A DNA stretch of 64,000 bases. Source: Verrucomicrobia bacterium UBA6614 (GTDB lineage: Bacteria > Verrucomicrobiota > Verrucomicrobiia > Limisphaerales > UBA1100). The stretch is taken from contig DJHS01000153.1 in assembly GCA_002433235.1 (NCBI GenBank), positions 48,612-112,611 of the forward strand. Reading direction: 5' to 3'. Of the stretch, positions 1 to 10,735 are shown in pieces; within the stretch, counting starts at the first letter, position 1, and each line of letters opens with the position of its first letter. The notes beneath the pieces were generated by a model, which saw only the letters and a program-made list of their open reading frames with translations, was not told the DNA's origin and ran no database searches. The translations under genes and the position numbers were made by a program.

Positions 1-126
1 AACCGTAGCACGTGAATGGGACGATGGGCGCGTCAAAATGATTTTTTCAATAAAGGATAAATGAGGGGCGTCTGCAAAAAGGGTTTGCCAATTGTCGAGC
101 AGCCCCCTAAACCCCGCCAATCGCGC

Positions 127-2718
127 ATGGGAAAAACACTGGTCATCGCAGAAAAGCCGTCTGTGCAGACAGATTTAGCGCGCGTGCTGGGGAAGGAGCT
201 GGGGAAGTTCCAGAAGAAGGGGAAGGACCGGAACAGTTATTTCGAAAATGATACAACGCTGATCTCCTCAGCAGTGGGCCACTTGGTGGAATTGAAAATG
301 CCCGAGGGGCCGAACGGGCGCAAGCTGCCCTGGGGTATCAAGTATTTGCCGGTGATCCCGAACCGGTTTGAACTGCAGCCCATCGAGAAAAGCGAGTCGC
401 GCCTAAACCTGCTGCTCAAGCTGATCAAGAGGCGCGAGGTGGAAATAATCGTGAACGCCTGCGACGCCGGGCGCGAGGGTGAATTGATCTTCCGTTACAT
501 CATGGCGCTGGCCGGGGTGGATAAACCTCTGCGCCGGATGTGGATGCAGTCGATGACCGATGCCTCGATCGTAAGGGCCTTCAAGCAACTGCGCGAGGAC
601 GCCTCCATGCAGCCCTTGGCGGACGCGGCCTTGTGCCGGTCGGAAAGCGATTGGCTGGTGGGACTGAACGGGTCGCGGGCATTGACGGCGTTCAATTCGC
701 GGCATGGCGGCTTTAACATGACCACCGCCGGCCGGGTCCAGACGCCGACACTGGTGATCCTGGCCGAACGCGAACGCGCGATCCGAAACTTCAAGGAGCG
801 TGACTACTGGGAGGTCCACGCGGAATTTGAGGTGGCCACCGGCACGTATGCGGGAAGGTGGTTCCGCGAGGATTTTCAGAAACCGGACGACGACCATGCC
901 CGTGCTGAGAGGCTCTGGACCGAGGCGGAGGCGGAGGCAATCGTGGCGCGTTGCACGGGACAGATGGGTGTGGTGGAGGAAAACAAGAAGCCAAGCAAAC
1001 AAATCCCGCCGCAACTCTTCGACCTCACCACGCTGCAGCGCGAGGCGGGCAGCCGGTTTGGTTTCAGCGCGCGCAACACGCTAGGCATCGCGCAGGCGCT
1101 TTACGAGAGGCACAAGCTGCTGACATATCCGCGGACGGATTCAAAATGTTTGCCGGAGGATTATATCGGCACCGTGCGCGAGCATTTGCAGGCATTCGCC
1201 AGGGCCAACCCCAGCGCCACGCTGGCGCGCGAAGCCATCAACGGTGCAGCCAAGGTGCTGGCCCAAGATTGGCTGAAACCGAACAAGCGTATTTTCAACA
1301 ACGCCAAGATCAGTGACCACTTTGCCATCATCCCAACCGGCAAGCTGCCCGGCGCAGGCCTGAAGGAGCAGGAACAGAAAATCTTCGACCTCGTCCTGCG
1401 GCGGCTGGTGGCCATCTTTTTCCCGCCGGCAGAATTCGAGAACACGCGACGCATCACGCGCGTGGGTGAGGATTCTTTTTTGACCACCGGCAAAATCCTC
1501 ATGGTGCCCGGCTATCTGGAGGTCTACGGCCGCCAGCCCGGCGTAGCCGCGGCCAAGGATGAGCTTGTCCCCGCCGAGACGGGCGAAGCGGCAACAGTGG
1601 CAAACCTGGAAACCCGGGCCGAACAAACCAAGCCGCCCGCCCGTTACACGGAAGCGACGCTGCTCTCGGCCATGGAAACGGCCGGCAAACGGGTGGACGA
1701 CGAAGAGTTGCGCGAGGCCATGAGCGAGCGCGGACTGGGAACACCCGCCACACGCGCGGCCATCATCGAAGGTCTCATTTCGCACAAGTACGTTTTTCGG
1801 AATGAACAGAAGAAAAGCGAATTGGTGGTCTCGAACAAGGGCTTGGCGCTGATTGATTTGCTGGAAGATATCGGTATCGAGGCACTGACTTCGCCGGAAC
1901 TGACTGGCGAATGGGAGTACAAGCTCAAGCAAATGGAAGGAGGCGAACTCACCCGCGAGGCGTTCATGGGCGAGATCAAGTTGCTAACCGAAAGCATTGT
2001 GCACGCCACCAAAGACAAGATGACCGAGCTGGCCAACCGCACCTACCCGGATCTCGAGGCGGTCTGCCCCAGCTGTGACAGCACCGTGCTTCGGCAGACC
2101 GACGGCAACTACGAGTGCCGCGGCGATGACTGCAAGTTTAAGCTCAACAAGTACATCGCCAGCCACAAGCTTGTCCCGGAAGAGGCCAAGGCGCTGCTGG
2201 AGCAGGGGCGCATCGGGCCATTCGAGGATTTTAAAAACCGTTTTGGCCAGCCGTTCGTGGCGGAGTTGAAAATGACCGAGGGCGGGCGGGGTGGATGGAA
2301 GCCGGAGTTTATTTTCGAGGGCGATGAGGAACGTGAGTCGGAAGCCAACAACCTTACGAACGACCAATTGCTCTGCAACACCGAGCTGCCGGACGGCTCA
2401 CCAGTGAAAGTATACCAGACCGACCGCGCCTACCTTTGCCCCGACATGGCACCCGACAAGCAAAAGGGCGGCACCCGCATTGCCAAGGAGATTTTAAAGA
2501 AGGAGATTCCCGCAGAGGAAGCCATCCGCCTGTTCACGGAAGGCAAAACCGGGGTCATCCACGGATTCATTTCCAAACGCGGACGGCCGTTCAGCGCGTT
2601 CCTTATTCTGGACAAGGCCACCGGCAAGCTGGCTTGGGAATTCCCGCCGCGCCCCGCCAAGAAAAAGGCCGCCAAAAAGAAATCCGCCAAGGCCAAGAAA
2701 ACTGGCGACGGGGATTGA
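127..2718 (+). CDS. topB: DNA topoisomerase III (type IA)
   Basis: TOPRIM start [29 protein letters not shown], catalytic [17 protein letters not shown]-terminal Zn ribbon and Lys-rich tail; ATG at 127 preferred over ORF-track start 61. Confidence 0.92.
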   Translation: MGKTLVIAEKPSVQTDLARVLGKELGKFQKKGKDRNSYFENDTTLISSAVGHLVELKMPEGPNGRKLPWGIKYLPVIPNRFELQPIEKSESRLNLLLKLIKRREVEIIVNACDAGREGELIFRYIMALAGVDKPLRRMWMQSMTDASIVRAFKQLREDASMQPLADAALCRSESDWLVGLNGSRALTAFNSRHGGFNMTTAGRVQTPTLVILAERERAIRNFKERDYWEVHAEFEVATGTYAGRWFREDFQKPDDDHARAERLWTEAEAEAIVARCTGQMGVVEENKKPSKQIPPQLFDLTTLQREAGSRFGFSARNTLGIAQALYERHKLLTYPRTDSKCLPEDYIGTVREHLQAFARANPSATLAREAINGAAKVLAQDWLKPNKRIFNNAKISDHFAIIPTGKLPGAGLKEQEQKIFDLVLRRLVAIFFPPAEFENTRRITRVGEDSFLTTGKILMVPGYLEVYGRQPGVAAAKDELVPAETGEAATVANLETRAEQTKPPARYTEATLLSAMETAGKRVDDEELREAMSERGLGTPATRAAIIEGLISHKYVFRNEQKKSELVVSNKGLALIDLLEDIGIEALTSPELTGEWEYKLKQMEGGELTREAFMGEIKLLTESIVHATKDKMTELANRTYPDLEAVCPSCDSTVLRQTDGNYECRGDDCKFKLNKYIASHKLVPEEAKALLEQGRIGPFEDFKNRFGQPFVAELKMTEGGRGGWKPEFIFEGDEERESEANNLTNDQLLCNTELPDGSPVKVYQTDRAYLCPDMAPDKQKGGTRIAKEILKKEIPAEEAIRLFTEGKTGVIHGFISKRGRPFSAFLILDKATGKLAWEFPPRPAKKKAAKKKSAKAKKTGDGD

Positions 2719-2767
2719 TCCCGGGGTTCAACTTGTTCCCCAGCCGTGTTTCTGTTAGCCTAGATTT

Positions 2768-3715
2768 ATGCCGGGGAGGGCAGATATTCGGGACGAATCG
2801 GTTGCGGCTTTTCTTGCGTACCTCGATGCTGAAGCCGGCGCCTCCCCCTACACCCAGCGTAACTACCGTCAGGCATTGGAGGAATTCGCACGCTGGCACA
2901 CGGATGAGCATCAGTCCGTTCACGACTGGCTAAAACTCGAGCGAACGGATTTCCGCGCCTACCTGCGCTTCCTCGGCCGCGGCAATCTCAGCCGGTCCGC
3001 TATCCAGCTGCGTTTTTCTGCGCTGCGTTCCTTTTACAAGTTTCTGGTTCGCCTCGGCAAACTCGCTGATTCCCCCATCAAGAACATCACCCTGCCCCGG
3101 AAAGAGAAACGGCTTCCCCAGTTTTTGACCATCGAACAGACCACCGCCCTGATCGAGGCCCCCCTACGCGAACTTGAGGAACTACGCAAAGCTGACGCCC
3201 AGTCCAATCCAACTCTGTTCCTGCGCGACGCTGCCATCCTGGAAGCCATCTATTCCTGCGGCCTGCGCGTCAGCGAACTCTGCGCCTTGAAGGCGCAGGA
3301 CATCGACCTGGATCGACGCATCGTCCGCGTCCTTGGCAAGGGCAAAAAGGAACGCCAACTCCCCATTGGCATCCCCGCCATACGCGCCATTGAACGCTAC
3401 TGGAAATCGCTTGCCCATCCCCCCACCGGCGAACTGCCGGCCTTCCTGATCCACCCCAACAAGCCCAAGCCCATCTATCCCAGAATCGTCCAGCTTCGCC
3501 TGAAGCATTACCTTGCCGCCACCGGGCTGGACCCCTCGCTTACCCCCCACAAGCTGCGCCACAGCTATGCAACCCACCTGCTTAATGCCGGCGCCGACCT
3601 GCGCAGTGTTCAGGAGCTTTTGGGCCACGAAAATCTCACCACCACCCAGGTCTACACCCATCTCACCACCGACCGCTTAAAGCAGGCCTACGACAGCGCT
3701 CACCCGCGCGCGTAG
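2768..3715 (+). CDS. xerC: Tyrosine recombinase XerC/XerD family
   Basis: RDAAILE..Y..GLRVSEL, GKGKKER, HKLRHSYATHLL, LLGH, TQVYTH catalytic motifs; chromosomal context next to topB. Confidence 0.88.
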   Translation: MPGRADIRDESVAAFLAYLDAEAGASPYTQRNYRQALEEFARWHTDEHQSVHDWLKLERTDFRAYLRFLGRGNLSRSAIQLRFSALRSFYKFLVRLGKLADSPIKNITLPRKEKRLPQFLTIEQTTALIEAPLRELEELRKADAQSNPTLFLRDAAILEAIYSCGLRVSELCALKAQDIDLDRRIVRVLGKGKKERQLPIGIPAIRAIERYWKSLAHPPTGELPAFLIHPNKPKPIYPRIVQLRLKHYLAATGLDPSLTPHKLRHSYATHLLNAGADLRSVQELLGHENLTTTQVYTHLTTDRLKQAYDSAHPRA

Positions 3716-3764
3716 TCTTTTTTGGCTTTCGCCCGCCACTCAATCGCCTATACTTGTACCGACC

Positions 3765-6653
3765 ATGAAGGCGCTCCTCACCCTCCTCCCCGTGCTTGCC
3801 CTAGGCGCCGCCGAACCCAAACCTGATCCCAAGGAACTCCCCCGAATCCCTCACACTCCCGCCAAAGATGCCCTCAAATCCTTCATCGTGAAGGAAGGCT
3901 TCGACCTGCAACTCACCGCCGCCGAACCACTCGTGGCCGATCCCGTGGCCATGTGCTTCGACGAGTTCGGGCGCCTGTTCGTGGTGGAAATGATTGGCTA
4001 CTCCGAACGCCAACACGAAAAGCTCGGCCGCATCCGCCGCCTCGTGGACACCAACGGCGACGGCCGTTTCGACCAGTCCACCATCTATGCCAAGGGCTTG
4101 GCATGGCCCACCGCCCTTTTCTGCTGGCGCGGCGGGCTTATCGTCGGCGTCACGCCCGACCTGCTCTATTTTAAAGACACCAACAACGACGGCGTTGCCG
4201 ACACACAAAAGAAACTTTTCACTGGGTTCGGCCGCGAAAGGCTGAACGTCCAAGGCATCTTCAACAGCCTCCGCTGGGGTCTGGACAACCGCATCCACGG
4301 CGCCACCGCCCACAACGGTGGCGAAATCTCATCCCTCAACAACAAAGGCAAACCCCTCAGCCTCCGCGGCCGTGACTTTTCATTCAACCCACACACCCTC
4401 GATCTCCGCGCCGAAAGCAGCACCGCCCAGCACGGCATGAGCTTTGATGACCATGGACGCAAGTTTGTCTGCAGCAACAGCAGCCACATCCAAGCCATCC
4501 TCTACCCCTCGCGCTATCTGGGCCTCAACCCTCATTTCGCGCTGCCCAGCCAGCGCGTGGGCATCGCGGCCGATGGCCCGGCCGCCCCCGTCCACCGCAT
4601 CAGCCCCGATGAACCCTGGCGCATCGTCCGCACCCGCTGGCGCATCGCCGGCAAGGTGCGCGGCCCCGTGGAAGGCGGCGGCCGGGTCTCCGGCTACTTT
4701 ACCGCGGCCACCGGCATCACTATTTACCGCGGCGATGCCCTCGGCAACGCCTTCCGCGGCAACGCCTTCATCGCCGATGCCGGCAGCAACCTCATCCACC
4801 GCAAGCTTCTTCATTACGACAACGTGCAACCCGTTGCCAAGCGGCCGCCCGACGAGTTGAAACAAGAGTTCATCGCCAGTCGGGACAATTGGTTCCGCCC
4901 CGTCCAGTTTGCCAACGCCCCAGACGGCTGCCTCTACATCGCCGACATGTACCGCGAAACCATTGAGCATCCCTGGTCCATCCCGCAGTCGATCAAAAAG
5001 CATCTCGACCTCAACAGCGGCAACGACCGGGGCCGCATTTGGCGCATCGCTCCAAAGGGTTTCAATCCGCCTCGTCGTAAACTGCCCGGCAACATGAACC
5101 TCGCCGAACTGGCCGCCACTCTGGAGCACTCCAACGGCTGGCATCGCGACACCGCCGCCCGACTCATCTATGAAAGGCAGGATAAATCCATCACCCCGGC
5201 GTTGACAAAATTGGCCGCCCAGTCCAAGTCGTCCGCCGGGCGCATCCATGCACTTTGGGCACTCCACGGCCTGGGTGCCCTCCAGCCCAGTCATCTGCTG
5301 CCCTCCCTGCAAAACGGACAGCCCCTCGTGCGCGTCCAGGCCATGAGACTCGCCGAGCAGTTCACAAAGCATCCTAGTATCATCAACGCCATTCTGGAAC
5401 AGGTGGACCACGAGTCATCCGCCGTCCGGTTCCAGTGCGCCCTCACCGCCTCCATGCTGCCGACCAGTGAAAAGAAGAATCTGGCCACCGCCATTCTACT
5501 GACCAAATCCGGAGACGATCGCTGGCTCCAAGACGCTGCTCTTCATGCCTTGGACACAGGCCTGGACGACCTGTTCATCGCCATGCATGCCCAGCCGAAA
5601 TTTCCCGGCAATTTAAAACTGGAACTACTCCGTCTCATCGGCCGCCGCAATCGACCGGCCGAAATAGCCAGGATCACACTCCTGCTTGCACGGCGCGCCC
5701 CGGATGCGGAAACTCTCGCCTGGATCAACGCGCTCGGAAAAGCCGCGCCCCACTTGCCCGCCTTGGAAAAGGAGGCCCTGCGCTGGCTAACCCTGCCCGC
5801 AAACGAGAAGCCCGACGACGCCTTGATTCCCGCCATCCCGCTGGCAACCCGCCGGGGCTTTCGTGAAGCCGCGCCCGCCCTCGTCACCGTGGCGAACACC
5901 CGCAAATCCGATGCCGTCAGGATCGCGGCCATCCAAGCTTTGGCGGAATTTTCAGACGACCAAATCGCCCAACACCTCTTGAACCTTTGGTCCCGGTCAT
6001 CTTCACGTCTCCGCGCTGAAATCTTGGGGGCCATGACCGGCCGGCCCAGCCGGGTTGATGCGCTCTTGGACGAAGTCGAAAAAGGTGGATTCAAAAAAGC
6101 CGACCTGCCCGCTTCTACACTCGCCGTGCTCCGCAATCAAAAGGATCAACGTTTAAAGGCACGCGCCATCAAACTTTTGGGAGCACCGCCACCATCCAAA
6201 ACCCTACAGGAAGTGCTACGCGGCTTCCTGCCCGCGCTCAAGCTCAAGGGCAACGCGGAACGAGGTGGAACAATTTTCACTCAACGATGTGCAACGTGCC
6301 ACCGGGCAGACCGGGCCGGATATGCCTTGGGGCCGGACTTGGAAACCCTCAAAACCACGGGCCCTGAAAAGATTCTGGCCAACCTGATCGATCCCAACCG
6401 CGAAGTATTGGCCAGTTATGTAGCCTACAACATCACAACTCAGGATGGTGAAGAAATTGTCGGATTGCTCGGCGATGAAACCACCACGCATGTCCGGGTG
6501 AAACTGCCGCTGGGCAAGGAACGTCTGCTGCCCCGCAACGAAGTGCGCGCCATGCGAAGCCAAGGCCGGTCCATCATGCCCGAGGGGCTGGAGGCCGGCC
6601 TCACCCACCAGCACATGGCGGATCTGCTGGCATTCATCACGTCACTGAAGTAA
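3765..6653 (+). CDS. PVC-type membrane-bound dehydrogenase-domain protein with HEAT repeats and C-terminal c-type heme
   Basis: Signal peptide, AAEPLVADPVAM, GLDNRIHG, PDGCLYIADMYR propeller, HEAT-like middle, CATCH heme motif, GPDL, SIMPEGLE. Confidence 0.88.
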   Translation: MKALLTLLPVLALGAAEPKPDPKELPRIPHTPAKDALKSFIVKEGFDLQLTAAEPLVADPVAMCFDEFGRLFVVEMIGYSERQHEKLGRIRRLVDTNGDGRFDQSTIYAKGLAWPTALFCWRGGLIVGVTPDLLYFKDTNNDGVADTQKKLFTGFGRERLNVQGIFNSLRWGLDNRIHGATAHNGGEISSLNNKGKPLSLRGRDFSFNPHTLDLRAESSTAQHGMSFDDHGRKFVCSNSSHIQAILYPSRYLGLNPHFALPSQRVGIAADGPAAPVHRISPDEPWRIVRTRWRIAGKVRGPVEGGGRVSGYFTAATGITIYRGDALGNAFRGNAFIADAGSNLIHRKLLHYDNVQPVAKRPPDELKQEFIASRDNWFRPVQFANAPDGCLYIADMYRETIEHPWSIPQSIKKHLDLNSGNDRGRIWRIAPKGFNPPRRKLPGNMNLAELAATLEHSNGWHRDTAARLIYERQDKSITPALTKLAAQSKSSAGRIHALWALHGLGALQPSHLLPSLQNGQPLVRVQAMRLAEQFTKHPSIINAILEQVDHESSAVRFQCALTASMLPTSEKKNLATAILLTKSGDDRWLQDAALHALDTGLDDLFIAMHAQPKFPGNLKLELLRLIGRRNRPAEIARITLLLARRAPDAETLAWINALGKAAPHLPALEKEALRWLTLPANEKPDDALIPAIPLATRRGFREAAPALVTVANTRKSDAVRIAAIQALAEFSDDQIAQHLLNLWSRSSSRLRAEILGAMTGRPSRVDALLDEVEKGGFKKADLPASTLAVLRNQKDQRLKARAIKLLGAPPPSKTLQEVLRGFLPALKLKGNAERGGTIFTQRCATCHRADRAGYALGPDLETLKTTGPEKILANLIDPNREVLASYVAYNITTQDGEEIVGLLGDETTTHVRVKLPLGKERLLPRNEVRAMRSQGRSIMPEGLEAGLTHQHMADLLAFITSLK

Positions 6654-6659
6654 GCCCGG

Positions 6660-7916
6660 TTATTTTCCCGGCCGAATCACGTCGCCCATTTGCAGGCGCG
6701 CCCGTGCCGCGCCGGATGGAAAGCGCAACACCGCCCTGCCATTGGTGATGCGAAGCACCTCCATCTTGGCCACCACTAGGCCATCACGCCAAACCCACGC
6801 CACCTGCCCCTTGCGCGCGTCCCTCCAGTCTGTCTCGGCAAAGCCGTACTGGGCATGTACACGGGTGATCTTGTGAGTGGAACCAGTGGCATTTGTCTGC
6901 GGCGCGGGAATGGTGGGCAGTGTGGTACGGCTCGAATTATTTCGCTCGGCGGCAGCATCTTCCAGCCGGGCGAGGCGGCTAGTTAACTCGGCCATTTGTA
7001 CGAGAAGATTTTCCTTTTCCGCCTCGGCCGTTTTCAACTCCGCCCGCAGTGCGGCAAGATCTCGCGCCTGTTGGGCCACCTTGGGGTCGGGCATAGACTT
7101 GGGCTCGGGTCGATTGGCCATGCGAGCGATTTCTTTTTTAAGAGATTCGTTGGCACTACGCAGAATCTGAATTTGCCGTGTCATGCGGGCAGCCAGAACA
7201 CGTTCACCAGCCAATTCTTTTTGGGCGTCCTTCAACTCACGGGCCTGCTCGGCAGCTTTTCGCTCGCTTCCTTTTCGTACACCCACTTGGTGCTCCAGCT
7301 GCCGGACCCGCGACTGGGCGGCGGCCAAAGCACGCCGCATCGCAGCCTCGCGTGCGGCCTTTTCCTCATCGCAATCCTTCTCTTTCTTTCGATGCTCAAG
7401 AATCACCGCCTGGGCCTGCTGCAGTTCACCCTGTTGAAGGGCCAACTGGCGCTGCAGAGTAGCGACATCTTCCTGATGCTGTTTCACCCATTGCGCCTTG
7501 GCCTGGTCGAAGTGAAATGCCTGAGCCTGCATTTGCCGTTGGGCATTTTTCACGGCGGCGTTGGCTCGCGCGGTCACATCAGGCGACACACCCTGTTGTT
7601 TACAGCGGATTTCAATTTTCTCATCTCGAGTGACAATCTTGGCTTGCACAAACTCGACATTTTTTCGCCGGGCCTGTTCGCGAATGATTTTGCGATCGAG
7701 CTGCGCAATGCGCTTGTTGGCCTTATCCATCTCCGCGCGGTGCGCCTCGGCACGCTGCGCCCAAGGGCCAAGTAACACCCAGATGATCAAGCCACACAGG
7801 AAAATGATGAACAACAGGCAGGCACGCAGAACGCGCTTGCGAAGGAGTGGATGGCCGCGGGGAATGCGCTGGATTCTCACGGGGCCGACAGGGGATGCCT
7901 CGTCGGGGGGTTTCAT
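6660..7916 (-). CDS. Membrane-anchored coiled-coil protein with small C-terminal beta domain
   Basis: One N-terminal TM segment, long A/E/K/Q/R heptad region, C-terminal ITRVHAQYGF...MGDVIR beta domain. Confidence 0.65.
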   Translation of the reverse strand: MKPPDEASPVGPVRIQRIPRGHPLLRKRVLRACLLFIIFLCGLIIWVLLGPWAQRAEAHRAEMDKANKRIAQLDRKIIREQARRKNVEFVQAKIVTRDEKIEIRCKQQGVSPDVTARANAAVKNAQRQMQAQAFHFDQAKAQWVKQHQEDVATLQRQLALQQGELQQAQAVILEHRKKEKDCDEEKAAREAAMRRALAAAQSRVRQLEHQVGVRKGSERKAAEQARELKDAQKELAGERVLAARMTRQIQILRSANESLKKEIARMANRPEPKSMPDPKVAQQARDLAALRAELKTAEAEKENLLVQMAELTSRLARLEDAAAERNNSSRTTLPTIPAPQTNATGSTHKITRVHAQYGFAETDWRDARKGQVAWVWRDGLVVAKMEVLRITNGRAVLRFPSGAARARLQMGDVIRPGK

Positions 7917-7974
7917 GAGGTCTGTGGTTGGTGCCCACCATAAGATACCTCATTTTGCCGGATTCGCAACCGGC

Positions 7975-8475
7975 TCAGGGATCAAGCCGACGCAGGAAAC
8001 TAGCGCGGTAGTCGTAATAAATATAGTCACGCACAACAACCTGGTTCACCCAGCGCCCCTCGGTCTCCACGGTGACCCCGTTGACGGTGACACGTTCGCC
8101 GGGGACAAACTCGCGGGTGTTTTCCAGCCGCTGCGATTCGCGGTCAAACTTTTGTGAAGTAACCACCACCATCGCCCCAACCGCCTTGGCATGGCGCGGC
8201 AAATGCGAGGCGGGTGGTTGGTTGGCAGTATTAAATTCCGATGTGCCCAGCAGCTCATGCCCTGATTCGCGGAGCGCCCGAACCGTGTCCGAATGGTTCT
8301 CCATGAGAACGGGCCGAAGAGAAGGCTCGGGTACATCCTCCCGTGGCGCATCGGGAAGCGTAACGAGTGGAATGTAATGCGTCTCGTATTTGTTCTCCGA
8401 AAGCCTGTCGAGCACCGAGCAGCCGGAACATACCAGCAACAACAAGAACACAAACATAGAGACAGGCCATTTCAT
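7975..8475 (-). CDS. Hypothetical lipoprotein
   Basis: MK plus hydrophobic stretch and lipobox CSGC; AKAVGAMVVV resembles YbjQ/heavy-metal-binding-like folds. Confidence 0.65.
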   Translation of the reverse strand: MKWPVSMFVFLLLLVCSGCSVLDRLSENKYETHYIPLVTLPDAPREDVPEPSLRPVLMENHSDTVRALRESGHELLGTSEFNTANQPPASHLPRHAKAVGAMVVVTSQKFDRESQRLENTREFVPGERVTVNGVTVETEGRWVNQVVVRDYIYYDYRASFLRRLDP

Positions 8476-8500
8476 ACGTACGCGTATCTATTCACGTCCG

Positions 8501-8528
8501 AACCTAACCTCTTCGCGTCCTTTGTCAA
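8501..8528 (-). promoter_or_regulatory. Putative sigma70 promoter of the lipoprotein gene
   Basis: TTGACA (8528-8523), 16-nt spacer, TAGGTT, about 25 nt upstream of ATG 8475. Confidence 0.45.
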
Positions 8529-8543
8529 CCGGTTAATCGACAC

Positions 8544-8820
8544 GAGAACCACCGCGGAGGCAACCCGCGGTGGTATCCGCTCACATCGCGCAGCGGCGGT
8601 CTCACTCTCTCGGTCAGGCCTAACAGAAAGCATTCCTTGCGGAACCTGTGTCTTCCAGCGTTTGCTAGGCAGGGTTACTGGTCTGCCTGACGGTACTTTT
8701 AACCCTTTTTCCCCAGAGTCCAGCGGGCTGAAACTTGCCAGGCGTTGGGCTGGCCGGGTAGCAAATCCTGCTGCTGTACCCATCAAGGTGTACGTAGCAT
8801 CGGGTGTGCCATAGTTCTCC
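8544..8820. ncRNA. Candidate structured non-coding RNA, family unrecognised
   Basis: Largest intergenic gap in the window; 10-bp perfect hairpin 8548-8574; 15-bp long-range helix CTCGGTCAG(G)CCTAAC/GTTGGGCTGGCCGGG; internal hairpins; complementary termini GAGAAC/GTTCTC. Confidence 0.5.
8548..8574. terminator. GC-rich hairpin, possible terminator
   Basis: ACCACCGCGG-aggcaac-CCGCGGTGGT; only a weak U tract (TTCTC) on the minus strand. Confidence 0.4.
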
Positions 8821-8844
8821 CGGGATTTAAGTTGTGAATAACTT

Positions 8845-9330
8845 TCAAGCCTTGGCCGCCAACCGCCGCAAGGGGTCACCGCTCATGCGGAAAAGCCGCC
8901 ATTCCGACATTTGTTCGGCACCCAAATCCTCGTAAAAATTGATGGCGGGCTCGTTCCAATCCAAGGCCACCCATTCGAATCGGGCGCAGCCGCGGTCCAC
9001 GGCAATTTTTGCCAAGTGCGCCAGCAGGATTTTGCCGATCCCGTGACGGCGAAATTCCGGCTTCACATACAGGTCTTCCAAGTACAGGCCCCGGCGCCCC
9101 ATAAAGGTTGAAAAGTTATGGAAATAAACGGCGTAAGCAACGGGATCACCGTCCATCTCCGCGATGACCGCCTCGGCGACGGATTCCGCGCCAAAGAGGG
9201 AATCATGCAGGCTGGCCTCCGTGGCGACGACCTCATGCAGCAGTTTCTCGTATTCGGCTATGCCGCGGATGAACTCCAGCAACAACGGCACGTCGGCCTC
9301 CGTGGCCTGACGGATAATCGGCTTGTCCAT
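8845..9330 (-). CDS. GNAT N-acetyltransferase (diamine/spermidine acetyltransferase-like)
   Basis: IRxA..DV, FSTFMGRRGLYLEDLYVKPEFRRHGIG, LDWNEPAINFY. Confidence 0.88.
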   Translation of the reverse strand: MDKPIIRQATEADVPLLLEFIRGIAEYEKLLHEVVATEASLHDSLFGAESVAEAVIAEMDGDPVAYAVYFHNFSTFMGRRGLYLEDLYVKPEFRRHGIGKILLAHLAKIAVDRGCARFEWVALDWNEPAINFYEDLGAEQMSEWRLFRMSGDPLRRLAAKA

Positions 9331-9346
9331 GAATTTTCAGTGACGG

Positions 9347-10735
9347 TCAGGCCCCGATCTGGCGAGTGAGTTCACCGGCGATCTTCCCGGTCCATTCCTC
9401 CAGCAGCGCCTCATCCGGGCCCTCCAGCAACAGGCGAACCTTGGGTTCGGTTCCCGAATAACGCAGCAGAAGGCGACTGCTTTTGGATTTCAGGTTCGCC
9501 TCCGCCTCGGCAACAAGTTCATTGACACTTTCAAGCTCGTCAAAGGGCTTCTTTTCCTTCACCTGAATGTTGGTGATGACTTGGGGATGGCGCACCCAGC
9601 ATTGGGCAAGCTCGGAGAGCGGCTGGCCGGTTTCCTGCATGATGCGAAGCACCTGCAACGCAGCCACCAAGCCATCGCCCGCAGTGCCATGTTCGCTGAA
9701 AAGAATATGGCCGCTGGATTCCCCCCCAAGGCTGTAGCCGCCCTTGAGCATGGCATCGATGACATGCTTGTCACCCACAGGCGTGCGCAGGAGTTCCCCC
9801 CCCGCGTTCACCAGAGCCGCCTCCAAGCCGCTGTTCGTCATCACCGTACCCACGAGGGTCTTCTCCTGCAGGGCATCCTTGTTTAAAAGGTCCAAAGCAC
9901 AGATGGCAAGGATGCCGTCGCCGTCAACCAACTGGCCTTTCTCGTCGCAGAGCAGCACCCGATCGGCATCCCCGTCATGGGTGATACCCAAATTTGCGGC
10001 GTGTTTTTCCACCTTGTGGCAAAGGTATTGCGGATGCATGGACCCACAGCCCGCGTTGATGTTCTTGCCGTCGGGCTGGTCGCCGTAGGCGATGACTTCC
10101 GCTCCAAGTTCCCGAAGCGTGGTGGGGGTGGATTTGTAGGCCGCACCATGGGCGCAATCGACGACAATCCGAAATCCCTCAAGGGTCTGGCCACGTGGAA
10201 AAGAGCGCTTGGCAAACTCAACATAACGGCCCAGAGCGTCATCAATCCGCACGGCTTTACCAATCTCGGCAGCGGTGGGCCGCACGTTGTCAATCTCGCC
10301 GCTAAACACAAGCTGCTCGATCTGCCGTTCGATGGCATCATCGAGCTTGTAACCATCGTGGCGAAAGAACTTGATGCCGTTGTCGTCGTAGGGATTGTGG
10401 GAAGCGGTGATGGCCAAACCGGCGTCGGCGCGCAGAGCTAGGGTGATGCGGGCGATGCCGGGGGTGGGCAGCGGGCCAATGAACAGGACATCCACGCCCA
10501 TGGAGAGAATGCCGCTGGCGAGGGCATTCTCAAGCATGTAGCCGGAGAGCCGCGTGTCCTTGCCGATGACGATGCGGTGTTTCTCGCGGCTGCGCGACTC
10601 GGGATTCAGGTTCTTGAAGACATGGGCGGCGGCGCGGCCAAGTTTAAGAGCGGTCTCGGCGGTAACCGGTTCCTGATTGGCGCGGCCGCGGACGCCATCC
10701 GTGCCAAAGATGCGGCTGGGATCAGAAGCACTCAT
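9347..10735 (-). CDS. glmM: Phosphoglucosamine mutase
   Basis: FGTDGVRG, IGKDTRLSGYMLE, ITASHNP, DGDADR, GGESSGH, RYSGTEP. Confidence 0.95.
   Translation of the reverse strand: MSASDPSRIFGTDGVRGRANQEPVTAETALKLGRAAAHVFKNLNPESRSREKHRIVIGKDTRLSGYMLENALASGILSMGVDVLFIGPLPTPGIARITLALRADAGLAITASHNPYDDNGIKFFRHDGYKLDDAIERQIEQLVFSGEIDNVRPTAAEIGKAVRIDDALGRYVEFAKRSFPRGQTLEGFRIVVDCAHGAAYKSTPTTLRELGAEVIAYGDQPDGKNINAGCGSMHPQYLCHKVEKHAANLGITHDGDADRVLLCDEKGQLVDGDGILAICALDLLNKDALQEKTLVGTVMTNSGLEAALVNAGGELLRTPVGDKHVIDAMLKGGYSLGGESSGHILFSEHGTAGDGLVAALQVLRIMQETGQPLSELAQCWVRHPQVITNIQVKEKKPFDELESVNELVAEAEANLKSKSSRLLLRYSGTEPKVRLLLEGPDEALLEEWTGKIAGELTRQIGA

Noticed and set aside
2768-3715. Tyrosine recombinase as integrase of a mobile element
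   Set aside because: Looks like housekeeping XerC; no att repeats, tRNA, phage or cargo genes, and no compositional shift
8544-8845. tmRNA, RNase P, SRP, glmS ribozyme, c-di-AMP or other known riboswitch
   Set aside because: Hallmarks absent: no GGGG...CCA ends or tag frame, no GAGGAAAGTCC, CAGGTTCCGCAAGGAATGC lacks the SRP AGCAG motif, and no ydaO/glmS consensus found by eye
8821-8848. dif site (TTAAAT arm) near xerC
   Set aside because: Only a short part of the XerD arm matches and there is no XerC arm
8293-8879. ORFs 8293-8814 (+) and 8472-8879 (-) as genes
   Set aside because: Overlap real genes, no recognisable motifs; hairpin content explains the region better
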